The notes beneath the pieces were generated by a model. That model did no database searches, was not told where the DNA came from, and saw only the letters and a program-made list of their open reading frames with translations. A stretch of DNA of 63,708 nucleotides, counting the filler, from Sphacelaria rigidula (Eukaryota): NCBI GenBank assembly GCA_964200075.2. It is 6 parts of 6 records of this genome, joined end to end, with 100 filler letters (N's around TTAATTAATTAA, not from the genome) between each part and the next. Parts side by side here need not be neighbours in the genome. Positions count along the whole stretch, not along the records: positions 31,908 to 42,441 come from CAXNAA020006324.1; positions 42,542 to 53,075 come from CAXNAA020006325.1; 4 more parts are not named here. One strand, written 5' to 3'. Positions 37,501 to 51,289 of this stretch are shown here, one piece after another (the first letter of the stretch is position 1; each line of letters begins with the position of its first letter). Position numbers and translations under genes: made by a program.

Positions 37501-40500
37501 AGAGGAACTTGCTCAGGTCCCCAAACAGTACCTCGGCGTGTCTAAGATGACTGCAGGCGTGTAGGAGATGCCAAAGATGATAGAACCAGTATAATCGTGG
37601 GCAGCTACGGTGCTCACGACCGCCGGTACGGCTACACATATCGACTGTGGAAGGAAACCTTCAAGAATCGGCACTTCCATTCAAGACGCCGATGTTGTGA
37701 TCTCTTGCTCACAGCATCACCCCGTTCTTCACCAAAAGCAGCTCGTATCCGCACAAGAGTTGGTGCGCTGTAACCGCACGGCCCTCAGTTATCACGAAAA
37801 CTGTCGTCTAAGTCGATCTGGTAAGTGGGTGCGGAGATATCCCCACTTGTCAAGTGACGCGTATTGTGCAAGTGCGGTGCTGGCCCTAGCGATAGTTGTG
37901 GGCCACCTCAGCTGTGGAAAATGTAGCGGGGCATCGCATACCCCCTCTGTCTATACGCACTACGCAAATGCGCATACATTATCGGCGTGAGACATGCACG
38001 CTAGATGGCTTTTTGCCACCAAGCCACTTGCAGCCATACCATATTACTAGTCATCGATAGACCCACACCAACATTTAGTGATGAATGTAATGCTACACTG
38101 AACCCAAGCAATCAGATTATACCTGATGAATGCTTGCTGTGCTGGAGTACTTTGTGGCGGTAGGCACCATTGTATTAGATTTAGACAGACTTCACTATAT
38201 TTAAGTGGCGAACGATGACCATGTTTATTCCAGGAAATTCGTTGGTCCAAACCAATACAAAGTAAAAGTAGCAAGTGACACATTGCACTCGATCGAAGCA
38301 ATTGGCTGTTTAGCACTACTGTCAACTGGTCCGCCGTCATCGTCGCCGTTGTGTAGGTTTTAGCATGTCCATGCTGTATTCAAGTACTAAACAGCGGCCA
38401 CATACGATTCCAGTGATAAAGCGACCAAACTAACGGAAAATAAGGACCCAAGCGTTGTGGTGAGTTAACCCTTTTGGAACCCTCCTCTCCTTTCCCCGGG
38501 CCAAACGCCTCATTATGAAAAGCCTTGACAAAGAGGAAAAGGTGGAAGCAGAAAAGGCCGGCGACAACCATTTTATGATGGGAAACCGAAGAAGAATCCA
38601 GTGGTACGCGCGCCGGGTGCAGAAAAAATGTCCTCTCTGGAGAGGTCAGGTGAGTTTTGTCAAATCATACTCGTACCACGCAACGGATGACGTGTGTTCA
38701 ATTGTATCCGTCGACAATAATCAACAAAAACAATATGAAATATTCCATTAAAGAAAACAGCAATGGGTTCCAGGGTCTGATACGGCACATCGGTGAATAG
38801 AGAACCTTCTTTTATTCCACTTGCCACTCGCACGGGTCTGAAAATACGCATTTGGTGAGTGTTGTTGCGTCTGAGCTGTAAAGCATCAACCACATCTTGC
38901 TTAAAAAACCGTCAATTGCAAATGATCAATTTTCCATTGTGAGTTCCAAAGGGGTTAAGACCACGTGGGTTGCGGCTCAGTACTGGGATAACATTCTTCG
39001 CGGCGGCAGGCACTACTCTCCAGGATTGAGATGATTCACACTTTCTAGTGGTGATTACGAAGTGAACATCACCTATAGTGGCCAGCAAACACGAGCTGGT
39101 GGGTTCGATCGTGCAAGTTTGGACGGTCCACGCTATATTCAAGTGTGTCAAGAATCCAGCAGCCATTCAAGTCTAGGACGTGGTACCCGAAAACACCCGA
39201 AAAGAAAAATAGAAATTGAAACCACTAGGGTTTGCGGGTAGCCGCGTGAGTGCAAGACCCTGCTAGTGGTTTTCATAAACGGGGCTATGGCCGAATATCC
39301 GCAAGGCAGTCGACATTCTGAAGTCCCCCTCTGCACCAGTAGTACCCAGATACGGGAACCTCCCGAGAATACATCAGAAGTTTGGCTCACCCATTTAAAG
39401 GCCAGGGAGCAGGGCTTTTCATCGCCTATCCGCGTACCCACTATTTTTTTCTTCCAAGCGTGAGACAATAATCGATATATGGGTCTTGAGCCTCTTAAAT
39501 GCGGGTACCAGAGTGAATCGCGAAGTACGCCGGGTGGTTTGTTACCGTGCACCCCTCCTGTGTGTAACAGGACAGGATATACTGATTATTACTGTTCCTG
39601 TAATTCCTGCATTCTCTGAACTCACAACTTCTTTTCCGTGTGCCGCTTAGCCTTCCAGTACATGACAGCAGGCACAGCTAAAACTCTGTGACGTTGACGT
39701 GATAACTCACCCCGACTCGGCAGTAACGACATGGCCAGAGGAAATATGGAAGCCATGGAAACCCCGAATGCTCCACCTCCGGTAGCAGCCCACGCCAGAC
39801 TTTCCTGTGCGGAAAACGGAATGAACACCGCGGAAATGCGAATTGTCATCTCTCGGAGGGGAATGGGATTGGGGAGAACTCAGCATGGGGTGTACCACTT
39901 CGACACTATGAGGAGGATATCACACGACTGCGGAGAAAGGCAGCCCAATGTTGAAACTTCGGAGTGATTTTGCGCGAAATTTCGGGGTAAACTCAGAGTC
40001 CACAACTTTCGATTTCTGGGTGACCGACAACAGCATGTCAATAGCGTTTATTCGGGGAAAAGGGGTACAAGTTACACTGGATAGAGTGTTCGGCAAAACG
40101 AAGTGACCGCCGTGTGTGTTGTCGACAACATCAGACCTCAAACACGGAGAGGACACGGTGAAAACCGCATCACGGCAACAGCCGCCTTGTTAGATCGGGC
40201 TATGGGGCGCTTCCGAATTTCTTCTGACCTCAACCTACTCTAGAGTACTTGCACTTGAAAATCGGCCTCGGGAACGTTTATCGCTAACCGCTGTCGGCTC
40301 CTTCCACACGTCACCTGTGCTTATGGATCTTCCGAGGCGAGATGCAAGAGATACACCACTCACCCTGCCGACCGCCAACAACGCCGCTGACGAAAGCAAG
40401 CATCCCACCAGATTTGCCTTCAGCAGGGTATCCGTCGAGAACCTCACAGCAAGAGGGATAGCGAGGAGTCTCCCAACCGTGATGCCCCCCCAAAAAAGAC

Positions 40501-41702
40501 TGCCGAGTTCATGGGAGAGGAGGGCACAGTGGGCGATGGGAAGCACTGTGCTATCCTAGATTGAGGTAAAAGATGACGCGTGAATGGTCGCCGACTACCT
40601 GCACTGCCAATGTTAAATGCGACACGGCGCAGGCACATCGCGATGTAACTTGTAAAATGGCACGCAAGAGAGTTACAGGTGAATGGAAACTGGATGGCCG
40701 AAGACATTTCCGGCACGTGCGTACACGAAAGCGCGCATTACCGTCGCTTGCCGAAGCAACCAGACGTTCGTTTCCTTCCTTTCGTGGCGAGCTTTTCGGC
40801 ATAATCACATTCCAGACGAGGACTTTCAAAACTCCCGTGCCATGAACGTGTACAGAGAGAATGTTACGATGCGTTCAACAAACTAGAGTAAGTCCTGACT
40901 GGCCCAACGGCTCAGGGGCCGATGTGCTGCGCACACGGATTAGAAATCCGCGTGAATTTCTTCCTTTGATTCAAATACCACTCCTCACGGAAACAAATTG
41001 CTGTATTGTACACGCAGAACGACCATCGAAAAGAGACACCGCACACCGTAACAACCGTCTGCGCATGCTCTGAATAAACGAAAAACAAATGGTATATCCG
41101 CGTCCGCGTCAGCGGTATACGCCCCATCTGCCTAGCACCGTGTTTCATCCCCTCGCGAACGCCGTACCTTGCCATCAAAGCAGCTCCAGCTTCGGTAGCC
41201 AAGTCATCCCTCAGCACCACAACGGCGACCCACGCGCCAAAGCCCACTTCCGCCCCAACATAAAGGAAAAAAAAGAGCACCAACATATTGACTAGAGCCG
41301 GTGGCGAAGGCTGCGCTGATACAACGGGGTCTGCATGGCTACCGTTCTTTTCCGCCATAGGCAGCGCCAGCCCTGCTTCCTCCGTGGAAGTTTCATGGCC
41401 GTCGCACGGTTCAGTTTCATGCGCATCGGTTCTTTCCACAAAGGGCACACGGGTCCTGTTCTCGTATGATGATGATGCTGATGTCGGCGTGGTAAAGGCA
41501 ACCAAGCGGGCGGTCTCTGCGGTCGTTGGTGATATGACGTCTTCTGCCACGTCTTCGGCTGCCTCGGCTTTCGCATCGTCGACAGTAACTACCGGCGCCG
41601 TCGTCCTGGTATTCTCCCCATCGGCTGCTTCGTCGGCCCCTGTTCTCCGTCGTATAGCTACTGCTTTTTCTGTTGCTTCTTGTTTTCGCGAACTCGTTTC
41701 AC
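34522..41702 (-). CDS. MFSD4: MFS transporter, MFSD4/NaGLT1 (FucP/FHS-like) family; C-terminal half, 5' end off-contig
   Basis: Exons 41702-41168, 40499-40364, 39804-39711 and 34742-34522 splice in phase with GT-AG. Motifs FFFLYVGAEVGFGAW, SLFWGGITVGRLLAIPL, FGVSMASIFP and VIGGAMGEMVIP (TM7-12). Confidence 0.88.
37203..37320. mobile_element. 118-bp fold-back mini-element (piggyBac-type end)
   Basis: Imperfect ~50-bp arms CCCTTTGGGAACCCA...GTGAATCGGCATCATTT and AAATGACGCCGATTCAC...TGGGTTTCGAAAGGG, then TTAA. The left flank reads TCGA. Confidence 0.7.
38469..38954. mobile_element. piggyBac-type MITE (486 bp)
   Basis: TTAA-CCCTTTTGGAAC at the left end and GTTCCAAAGGGG-TTAA at the right end. 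Confidence 0.7.
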
Positions 41703-42124
41703 CTGCCCGATGAAAAATAGGGAATATTTTCTACGGTTGCTCTGTGATTTCGAGGGTATATATATATATATATATATCCCTGTCCTAAATACCTTCACTC
41801 TCGTACTTGGGATACTGTCTCCTGCGCGTGGGCCCGCGCAGGCTCGTCTGGAACGGACGTTCCGCCTTGGAACAACACGTTCCGTCACGTCGAGCTATTG
41901 CCGGTTCAATCACCAAAGTATTGCTATACTCCAAGGAGAGGAGCAGCTCACCACAGTTTTATCTCCCTCCTCTTTAGTCCTTGTCCTGATCAACTTACAC
42001 ACACACAAAATGAATGAGCATCCTAGCCGGAGTGGCTCAAACTTGCGACCCACGAAGCTACCGTCTCCCGGGTCCGAGGGCGGTAGCTTCATTTGGCATC
42101 GATAGTAAGACACGAACCGATGAG

Positions 42125-42441
42125 TAATACTGTAGTAGGAGTAGGAACGGTGCTCCGTCTCGAAAGGAATACGTGGTCGATGGATAAACGACTAAGGCAA
42201 GCAACAAATAAGTACCGCCCCAGAGAAAGAGGTTGCCAGCTATAGTTGATAAGGCTGTATGGAAGAAAAGTACGAAATGGAAGGCTGGTATAAGGTAGGA
42301 TGGCGAAGTCGAGAAAGTGTGGAAGGAGATGGGAGGAAGTCAAGACGAAAAACTGTCCATAGGTGAAGACGCGGGGTACAAGGCAAAAGTAAGAGATATG
42401 ATCAAAATGAGGGGAAAAGGAGCGCTCAGGCGCAAAGTAGA
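42125..42441 (+). mobile_element. LINE 3' tip (to 42220) followed directly by another copy of the same LINE (cut by the contig end)
   Basis: ...GCAAGCAACAAATAAGTACCGCCCC is followed by AGAGAAAGAGGTTGCCAGC..., homologous to ~30560-30770. Confidence 0.75.
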
Positions 42442-42541
42442 NNNNNNNNNNNNNNNNNNNNNNNNNNNNNNNNNNNNNNNNNNNNTTAATTAATTAANNN
42501 NNNNNNNNNNNNNNNNNNNNNNNNNNNNNNNNNNNNNNNNN
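42442..42541. other. Artificial contig linker
   Basis: N-run with TTAATTAATTAA. Confidence 0.97.
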
Positions 42542-43162
42542 TCATCCAAAGCCACAAGTGGCGGGCGGCCCGCCGGTCGCCGCATCCTGTCGGAAGCTCT
42601 CCACCGCGACACATACTGCTTGCTACATCATCAGATGTACACCATTGCACCTGTGCACCTGAAAATAGACTAGATGAAACTTTCGGTCTTCGTCATAACC
42701 CTGCAGCAACAGACGTTACCAACTGGTCGGAAAAAATGGTTGAAGTATAAACATACTCGTTTTAGTGTTAGTCGGGGTGATGGATGAAACCACCAACAGA
42801 TACAGGTGAGCAGTGGTGAGCAGTAGACCCAGCTTGTCCAGAACGTGTTTTGGTCCAAAATCGGCTGAAAGGCGTCGATTTGAGCTCTGGCAACGCACAC
42901 TTTTGCCTGGAGAATACTCTGCACCCCCTTGCCCGAGTGTTCTCGGTATGCCTTGGTCGGGGTTAGGGTTAGAGTTGGCGTTCGTTAGGGTTGGCGGCAT
43001 CTCCATAGTGCGTCAACCATTTTTTCCGACCAGTTGGTAAAGAGGCCTGCCGTGTAGTCACATACGCGGATTTTCAGCAGCACGCCACTATTTTGTTTGG
43101 ACGCCAGACACGCCATTCCTGACCAGCGCCTTGGTCGTTCTAGAGACCCGGTCCCAAAAGGG
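42542..43162 (-). mobile_element. piggyBac-like non-autonomous repeat end, carrying a nested MITE
   Basis: Ends GTCCCAAAAGGG-TTAA. Homologous to 13897-14192. A similar end lies at 63180. Confidence 0.6.
42719..43037. mobile_element. TA-target MITE (319 bp)
   Basis: Near-perfect ~25-bp TIR CCAACTGGTCGGAAAAAATGGTTGA with TA on both sides. Absent from the paralog near 14000. Confidence 0.85.
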
Positions 43163-44912
43163 TTAATGGGGGTTTTAGATTGGAAAAATTTAGCAAAAAT
43201 CGAATCGCAAAAATCAATCTGCAAAAAAACGTGAATGTAGTCGAATTCTTCACCCGGAGCAGAAACCAAATTCACTATATGAAATGAAAATTGCAGTGCG
43301 GGGCGTCTGGTGCGGAAGCCTTCCGTGGTCACAGTACTGCCCAAAGTGAGGGTATGAGGGCATCAAAATCAAGGGCAAATAAGTTACACCGAGGAAAAAT
43401 GACACAGACGCGATACGAAAAATACTGCTACCTTCGTAAAATCTGGTGCCTCAGGTGACCATTTGGACTACGGGGGGCAGAGCCCATTGTTCCCACTCAA
43501 CACGCGGAGTCAAACAAGAACAGAGCTAGCCTCTAATCGTTGTGGTGAATTTCGTATCGTGGGTGATATCGGTACGCTCTAGTACGTGGAATCTGAGTGT
43601 TAAGGCTGGTCAAGACGTTGGTCAGCTCCTCTATGTGGCCCGATATCGTTGGTGTTGATGACTCCTTCGGCGTGGTCGCGGCGGCGTCATCACCTCTTGT
43701 ACCGTAGAAGGAACATAGGTGGCCACAAGCATGTAGCCCGTCGTCTCCGTTAGACGTGGCCTGATGTGCCGTTCATGATTTTACGGGTGGGATGATGATC
43801 AACGGGAACCCGTGTCGCTTGGAAAGAAAAAATGATCGAATGATGGAAAACTTCCTGCAACGTATCGTCTCGACCCCACTGCACGCATAGTTTGGGAGAA
43901 GAAACAACCGGTGCGCGTACGGGGCATGTGTATGTGGTTTGCCGGCGGTTGCTCTGTCCGTACTTTGCCTCATTACTTCAACATATGTCTTCCTTTGAAA
44001 TACGTCCTGCACCTGTTATACAACAAAACAGCCCCCAAGTGTTCTTGGCGCTCGAGCAACACCTCACGCGTGAAAATCCACAATCGGCGGCAGCGGCAGC
44101 GGGTTCACCTTTCTGACAATACAACAAATACAGATACAGTGAAGGTATGGTACGCCACGTCAAGGAGGCATATCGTATGTTTATCCGAATTGCCGTGGAC
44201 TTCCCTCACTCTATTAGCAAAACAAGCTGACAAAGGGATGCGATGGGCATACGTCATATCATCTTGGCACCGTAACTTCAACCTTTGACCGCCAGGGGGA
44301 GCCCTCTGATGAATTGGACTTACCTTTGCTTGTCGTCAAATGTACTCAAGATCTGGAAGACCTACCCTGGTCATCACAAGAGTTACCGAACACCTTTCCC
44401 AACCTCACAGACTGCCCATACCTTGTTGCCCACCTCCCGGTCAACAGCGCAAAGGTACTAAAACATTTAGATCACCAACGTTCATCAAAACATTCCTTCC
44501 AAACCCCCACACAACTGTCCGGACGGAATATACAATTGCAGGCCGCTGCATCGCTTCTCAGCGTCCTCGTCTTTTCCCTGAACGAGTTTATCACACGACA
44601 TGCTGTAATCAACGGCCAGGTGCTCCAGGTTGCTGTCCAAACTCATCAGGCAGCTTTCTCTGGAGGAACACCCCGAGGAACACCCCGAGGAACACCCCGT
44701 GGAACAACTACGAATACCATATCCATTACTGCTGTACTCCTGTGCGCAGCGCCATCGTGCGAATGTTAGATACAGAGCTAATTGCAAGTCAGACGACAAA
44801 AGTCGTGAGCGATACTCGCTGATCGAGCATACATGAAGGCAGGAGAGTCAAACACTCGCTGATCTCACGAGTGATGTCCCATCCATTACGCCGGCGATCG
44901 ATGCCCAGCGAA

Positions 44913-47900
44913 CTACAAGATCGTGTGTTGGCCGGTGGACGCCACGGAGGCGAAGGACTTATCGTCTGCAGCGGATCCCGCCATTTCCACCTTCGCGCCA
45001 GACAGAACAGAGCCACATTTGGCACAAACGGAGAACGCCACGGCAAATAAAACGCAACGGTAAAACGAGTAGGTCAATCAGCACATGATAGTACAGTCAA
45101 GGAGCGAAGCATGGCTATACGCGATCTCGGTCTGGCTCTTGTCTCTGTGTACGCGTGCGTGCGTGTGTTGCCGTCGAAAAGCCGGCAACGAAAAGTGTAT
45201 TTGTTCGAGCACCCAACCCATCAGGAGAACCAGGTGAAGAGATAATATTCCAGGCTCAAATATCAGACAGCAGACATGACGGGCCTGCGCGAAATATCAT
45301 GTACAAGAGAATGCCTTACATTGGAAGGGGAGTTAAGATCGCGGTACGCCATGCCAACCGGCGTGTAGAGGAATGCCAAGAAGAGGACGTAGATGTTGAA
45401 CATACCGTAGAAGAACACCAACACCTTGGATCCATGCTGCAAAGGAGGTGAGCACAAATCAAATGTGAGGACAGGACGCACGGCGAGGAAGAACTTATCA
45501 GCGTCACGGCATGTACCAGGCCAGACGAGGCACATAGAGAGAGGAAACCTCGCCGGCTGCATCGGACAAATGATGGGTGACACGTTGCAACACGCCACGC
45601 GAAGTATTGAGGAGATTGCGGAGTTCAGTTGCCAGCGCGAGCGGGCACACGTAGTGGGGAAGCACAAAGTCCCTACTCGTTGTGAGAGAATCTTCAGAGC
45701 TTGCCCGATAGCAGTTCGAGATACTCAACCTGACCACAACTTTTTCCAAGATGTGTGTATCCGCTGTGCAATGAACCCTGAAGACGGGCAAGCCGGGGTA
45801 CACTCTCCAATCCTATGATCATAACAACTCCACTCAAAACAAACTTAGGATGGACCCTCACTCGGATACTGTTCACACTAGAGGAATATGCAGCTGCACG
45901 CACCTGGTCCGGGGCAAAAGCACCAGTGAAAATCGCTGACATTGCACCGAAAATGGTCACCAGCGTGATCACCGTAACGAAGATGTACTCGATGTTCATC
46001 TGCCGCACGCGTCGGATGGTCTGCTCCACTAGAATTCCCAGCCATACGAAATATACCATGTAGAGTATAAGCCCGCCAACCTGTACCGCGCATACAAAGA
46101 AAGTAGTCAGAAGCAGCGCGCCCGCCTACTGTAGGTATTACGGTAGTTCACAGCATCCCAACGAAAATATCGGCGACATGGGGTGCTCGGGTAGTCTAGT
46201 GGTTCGACTGCCACCGATAGGGTGCAGAGTTCGATCCTCGATGCATTGGGTTTTTTCTTTCAAGTATCTGATTTCCACCACCGAATTCGTGAGTACGTGA
46301 GTAAGTGAAAGGCGGCTGAGTTTGCTCGACGAGTGTCGAAGCGGTGCGGGAGTGCTGATCCAAACCGCGAAACCGAAATGTGAGGCGTGTACCGGCGCGA
46401 GATTGGGTGGTCTCTTGAGACCATTGGACCACGGACTCATCCCAAGGGGATAGGGGGGGTTCAAAGTGCGACTAATAAAAATAATCACGTGACAATCCAC
46501 GTCCACTGTCCACTGTGCTGTAGATGTCTTGTGATACCCCGACGGCGCACGCAAACCGTTGTAGCCCTTTACCACCAACCGAAAGACACATGGAGCTCCG
46601 AAATCCAACCGCGTTCGCATTTCGAAATTTACGGATGCTTGTGGAGGCGAAGGGGGGGGGGGGACTGCTGCAACGACTGCTGCAACGACTCCTAAATACG
46701 AGATTGCCGTATGTCAGGCATTACAGTATGATCGATAGCAAGGCTTCTTGCGATCTGCTGATGTGGATTTCTGTCGAGGTTTTCAAGGGACATGCCTCAC
46801 GGATAGCGAGGTGCGCTGCCTTTCGATAAGTCAGTTAGGTGATGCATGGTGACGACGCACCGCGGTGGTGAAGCGTTTGACGTTGCGCAAGCGTTCTCGA
46901 CATCCGCAGAGCGGAGTGTGCTCGAACAGGGATAGGGACCACAATACCTGCACGACTGTATTTTTCTCCTTCGCCATTTCACAGGTAGAGTCCATGAGTG
47001 CTGAGCATGCTCCAGGAAAAAGTTGCTGTCCTAGTGCAAAATACTCGTACCACCTCGTATATGGTACAAAACTGCCAGGTATGCTCGACCACGTCAAGTA
47101 CAAAACTGCCAGGAATGCTAGACCTGTGCACTTCAGGGGAGAAGGAGATGGATGCTGCGGTCGCAGCCTTGCAAACTACAATGGAGGCATGTATCGGTAA
47201 CCGTTGTCAGTTTTCATGTACAGTAGGCTCGTTTCTGATTTTCCGTGAAACTGTCTGCCGAGTAACTGATGGAAAATTGATCACAGATCTCAAGATAGAG
47301 GCTGCCACTCACGCAACATAACTCGTATACCACACGAAAACATAGATGACAAAGTTTAGTACAAAGTGTTTTGGCTCTTGCGCACACAAGTGTCGTTTCG
47401 CACAAACGCTACGGTAACTTCGCCAACGCCTCCCCCATCAGACGGTTGTTTGATTCCTGCTCTGTATCACTACTCCCGTACCTAATCCTTACTTTATACG
47501 CTCAACCACAATGATTCGGAGTACCTGGTGAACAGCTATCACCTCACCTTGATACTCGTGTATGACCTCAAGTCGTCCACGGTGCTGTATGAAGGGTCTC
47601 CTGCCTGCTTGACCCGTACGTAGCTGGAGTGGGTTAGGGTACGAACCACACACATGATAAAAAAGGCGGGTATGATGCACGTGATTACATGTGGAGAAGC
47701 TGCGCATTCTTGTTGCCGAAAGTAGTGGGATCCAACACCGCCTTGGGTCGAAGGCCTACGAGCGAGTGAATATGCTTGCAACACATGTCGCAGTATCCAA
47801 AATACAGTACAAGCGTGCTCTGAGTATACGAGATGCCACACACGTACAGCAACCTTTGAACCAAAAGGGTACCTGAAAAAACATGACCGGACGTACAGGC

Positions 47901-50900
47901 GGTTTGTGGATGTCGAACAATATAACACCGCTAAACTGCCATTCCAACGGCTTCGCCTTCTTGCGCACCTTACAGTTACAGAAGTCGAGAGTATGACAAA
48001 GGAGATGCGGTGGTGGTAGCTCACATGTAGACAAGGAGAGTGGTGATCCAAATTAACCCGACGAGAATCAGCTTCGGCAAGTATTCCCTAAGCGCCTTGG
48101 ACCGGTTTCGCTCCCACTCTTGCGCGGCATCGGTCCCCTGCGCCGAATACACGACGTTGATGAGAAGCCACGGAAATGTATCGCAATGCCGGGGTTGGAC
48201 CATCGTATATATATGATATGTGTCACCACCTCCCAGATACCTGGGTTGTACACGAAAAGCGGCCTCGACTAACAAGCAGGTCATGGCCCAAAGTACTGGG
48301 CGCCTCAACTATTTTATGTTCAAATATTTTTTCTCCCGACTACTCTTGGATGGACCTCCGAAGTGCTAGCGTCGGTAGATTTTGGTAAAATGAACAGATC
48401 GTCCCTCCCCCCCAGTGCCCAAGTTAGTGTCAGTGAGCTTTATCGGGCGATACGCGTAGATACCCCGTCTATCAGGAGGGTGTTTTTGATCATGAAATAC
48501 AGCTTTTCGGCTCTAGTGCAATGAATAGGTATAATTTCAGAAAACACGCATTTGTAAATTTCTTCACATATACGATCGGGACACGCTCGATCAACCGAGA
48601 ATATCAAGGAGTCATCAGCATCTGGGCCGAAACTTGAGTCAGGAACCCCGATGACCTGTCCGCCTCTAAGTCACTCAAGGTTGAGTACAGATGACTTTCT
48701 TTTACTGGAATGTGGGGCGGATACATGTACCTTGAGATCCTCAATGTGATGGGTGACGGCAAGCGAAACAGCCTAAGTGAACCGTCAATTACGAAAAAGT
48801 TACGAAATGAACAGTTCAGGCGCCCTCTACGGTATATAACTTCATCGTCATCACGCCTCGGCGATAAGATATGCATGCTCCCAATGAACGTGAGTCACAG
48901 GTGAGCTGCATGGTCGACCAAAGGACATGACGCCGAACTGCCTGTGGTTTGTAAGATGAAAAACCATACGGGTCCCCGTAGAGTGCCCGTTTCGGTCGGC
49001 ATGAATTCGTGTCGGGCTTCTGTTACACAGCGATTCAACCACTTGCTCCAGCATGGAATGAGCACAGCGTTCATCGCGGGCATGGGAAAACTGTGCTGTA
49101 TAGATGTGCTGGGATCTAACCTGCATGTTGCCGCTTGCTAGATCCGAAAACAGTTCCAGCCAAAAGAACATAATGGCAGCCAGAAACGTGACCAGCATCA
49201 CCATATAGAAGCTGCGTCACAGGGGTTCACACCAAACAGGAGGAAACGAGACAGAAGCAGAAGCAGAGACGAGAAATGGAGCTGTGATTACGCTGGATCC
49301 AACGCACTGTGTGCCACACTCACCCGCAATTTCACTCTTAGAGAGTGACATGAGGAGAGCAAATACACGTTCTTGCCACTGGATGTGTGCTTGCCTTCAA
49401 TTCCTTAGATCTGCCTAGGCAAACACCATGGTGAGCTCGGCACATGAAGACTTCCAAGTCCTTGCTCATGCGCGTGCACTGCCGATTTAGCATAAATAAT
49501 AGCCTGAACGACAGTATCAGACTGGAGCAAATATCAACGATCCGATCCCCGAAAAAAACGGTGGAGACGCAGACACCCTGCAGTTCAACTGCATAATCTA
49601 CGCGATGTGCTGCAACTTAGGGAAAGCTCCGCGGTATTTCGTGACGATCCTCACCTGAAAAACGTGCGGGGAAATGAAGAAAATATCTGGCCAGCAAAGA
49701 AGATGTTGTTGAAGAACAGGAGAGACCCGAGGAGTACCCCAATTCGAACCTGCGTTTTGAATAACGATCGCAAGGGGACGATTTGCATCCCGAACTGGAG
49801 TAGGCAATTGAGTCATAACTTCTCCATGATTGATCGTGAGTGATTGGTTGGTTGGTTAATTGATTGTCGCACCTTTGACCAACCACTAGGGATCTAGCCT
49901 TGGTCCCACGATAGACGTACCCAAGGCAAAACAAGACTGAAAGACTTGCTGAAGAAAAAGAAAGAAGAGAAAAAGTCGAACAGGACGACAAAATGTGAGC
50001 GGCAACAGTAAAACAAACTCCCCGGGTCATATCTCTCACCCACGCTCTCAGGAGTCCACGCCCTTTGATAATGCAAGGCTCAGGTTGTAGATCCTCTACT
50101 CAAAGGCTTAAAAAAACTCAAGAACTGTTCGCCTTCCAAAAAATGCGCGCTAGATTACCCAAGACCAACACCTTAGGGAGAGGCACAGAGCCATGGGTGT
50201 TACATACAGCGGTATTGGGGCCCCGCGCTAGTTGTCGCGCATGCTCTATTAATACTTTCGGAAACGGATACAGCTGCCATATAACGTCCGGATCAGGGAG
50301 CGACAATCTCTGGGTTGAGATCTCGCAAGACGAGATGGCGTATGCTTGACGATGAGACGGCTGCCCGAGAGCTCACGCGTTCTAAGCGAGGATCTTGCAG
50401 TGTTACTGAGAGTCTCGCAGTCAGTGCTACCGAGGGTCTTCAAGTGCCAATACGAGTCCCCCCGCATGCGATACGCAGGCTGAAGCTCCTTCTGATTGAA
50501 AAAACAAATCACTGAGCTACCGGTTTGACAGTAACGTGATCTGCGTGGAAATTTCGACACAGCGATCCGCTTGAGAAGAGGAATCCGCTTCGGACTGCTG
50601 CCGAGATAGCCCCCCCCCCAAAACCGGCCAAAAACGTGCACGGAGGCGATGATCATAACTGCCGTTAAAGCTGGTTTCGTGNNNNNNNNNNTGTGGGCGA
50701 AGTTGCTGCAAGCGAGCCCAATAGTGGGATCGCAGCCGGTTCGTTGGATGGTGCCGGCGCACTTTTTGTGGGGGGGCTATCTCGGCATTAGTCTTCGGCA
50801 ACTGCCATAGTACGCACCACAAACGGTCAACGTCGCGGTGAAGCGGCTACTGGTTGGTCGTTCTGTCGCATCGATATTCGCTCCCCTACCGTTCTAAGCT

Positions 50901-51133
50901 TGTGGTGGTGCGTGCCCGCGTACCTGTTGTCGGGACCAGAAGTTCTTGTGCAGCTGCATCATTTCGTAAAAGAAACCGACCTTGGGCAAGAACATAAACA
51001 TCAGCGCCAAAAGAACCCACGTGTAGTGCATCTTCATCTGAAACTTGGTGAACGACTTGCTCATGTACACCATCTCGAACCCCAGGGTGAAGTAGTCGTC
51101 AGCATCGAACACAGCCGGCTCTTCCATGGTCAC
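44913..51133 (-). CDS. TMEM181: TMEM181/GPR178-like (Wntless-related) multipass membrane protein; 5' end not found
   Basis: Exons 51133-50924, 49749-49655, 49211-49121, 48137-48025, 47623-47548, 46080-45904, 45436-45320 and 44990-44913 all splice in phase. Family motifs FTKFQ, W..QQ..I.VLL..LLFFNNIFF, IMFFWL, YLPKLILVGLIW, GDPSY and FFYGMFNIYVLFLAFLYTP. Confidence 0.88.
46180..46483 (+). mobile_element. tRNA-derived SINE, family 2, near full length, intronic
   Basis: A box TAGTCTAGTGG, B box GTTCGATCC, shared body, GTTCAAAGTGCGAC and an A-rich tail. Confidence 0.8.
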
Positions 51134-51289
51134 CTGCCGGTTGTTCGAAGCACAGCGCAGCAATCCGCGGCACGACAAAGGCATATATTTTCTGAGTGAT
51201 TTACGCTTGGAAACTCGCCCTGCAGCAAGACGCACAGGGCGATGGGGAACTTTCGCCGACCGTGCCCTGTCCCGGTAGCAATTGTGCAC

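Noticed and set aside
42959-42990. Telomeric TTAGGG repeats
   Set aside because: Only about two units, inside a MITE; not a telomere or an interstitial array.
50590-50795. Inverted repeat GCCGAGATAGCCCCCCC as a MITE
   Set aside because: It spans a 10-N gap and has no clear TSD, so the boundaries cannot be supported.
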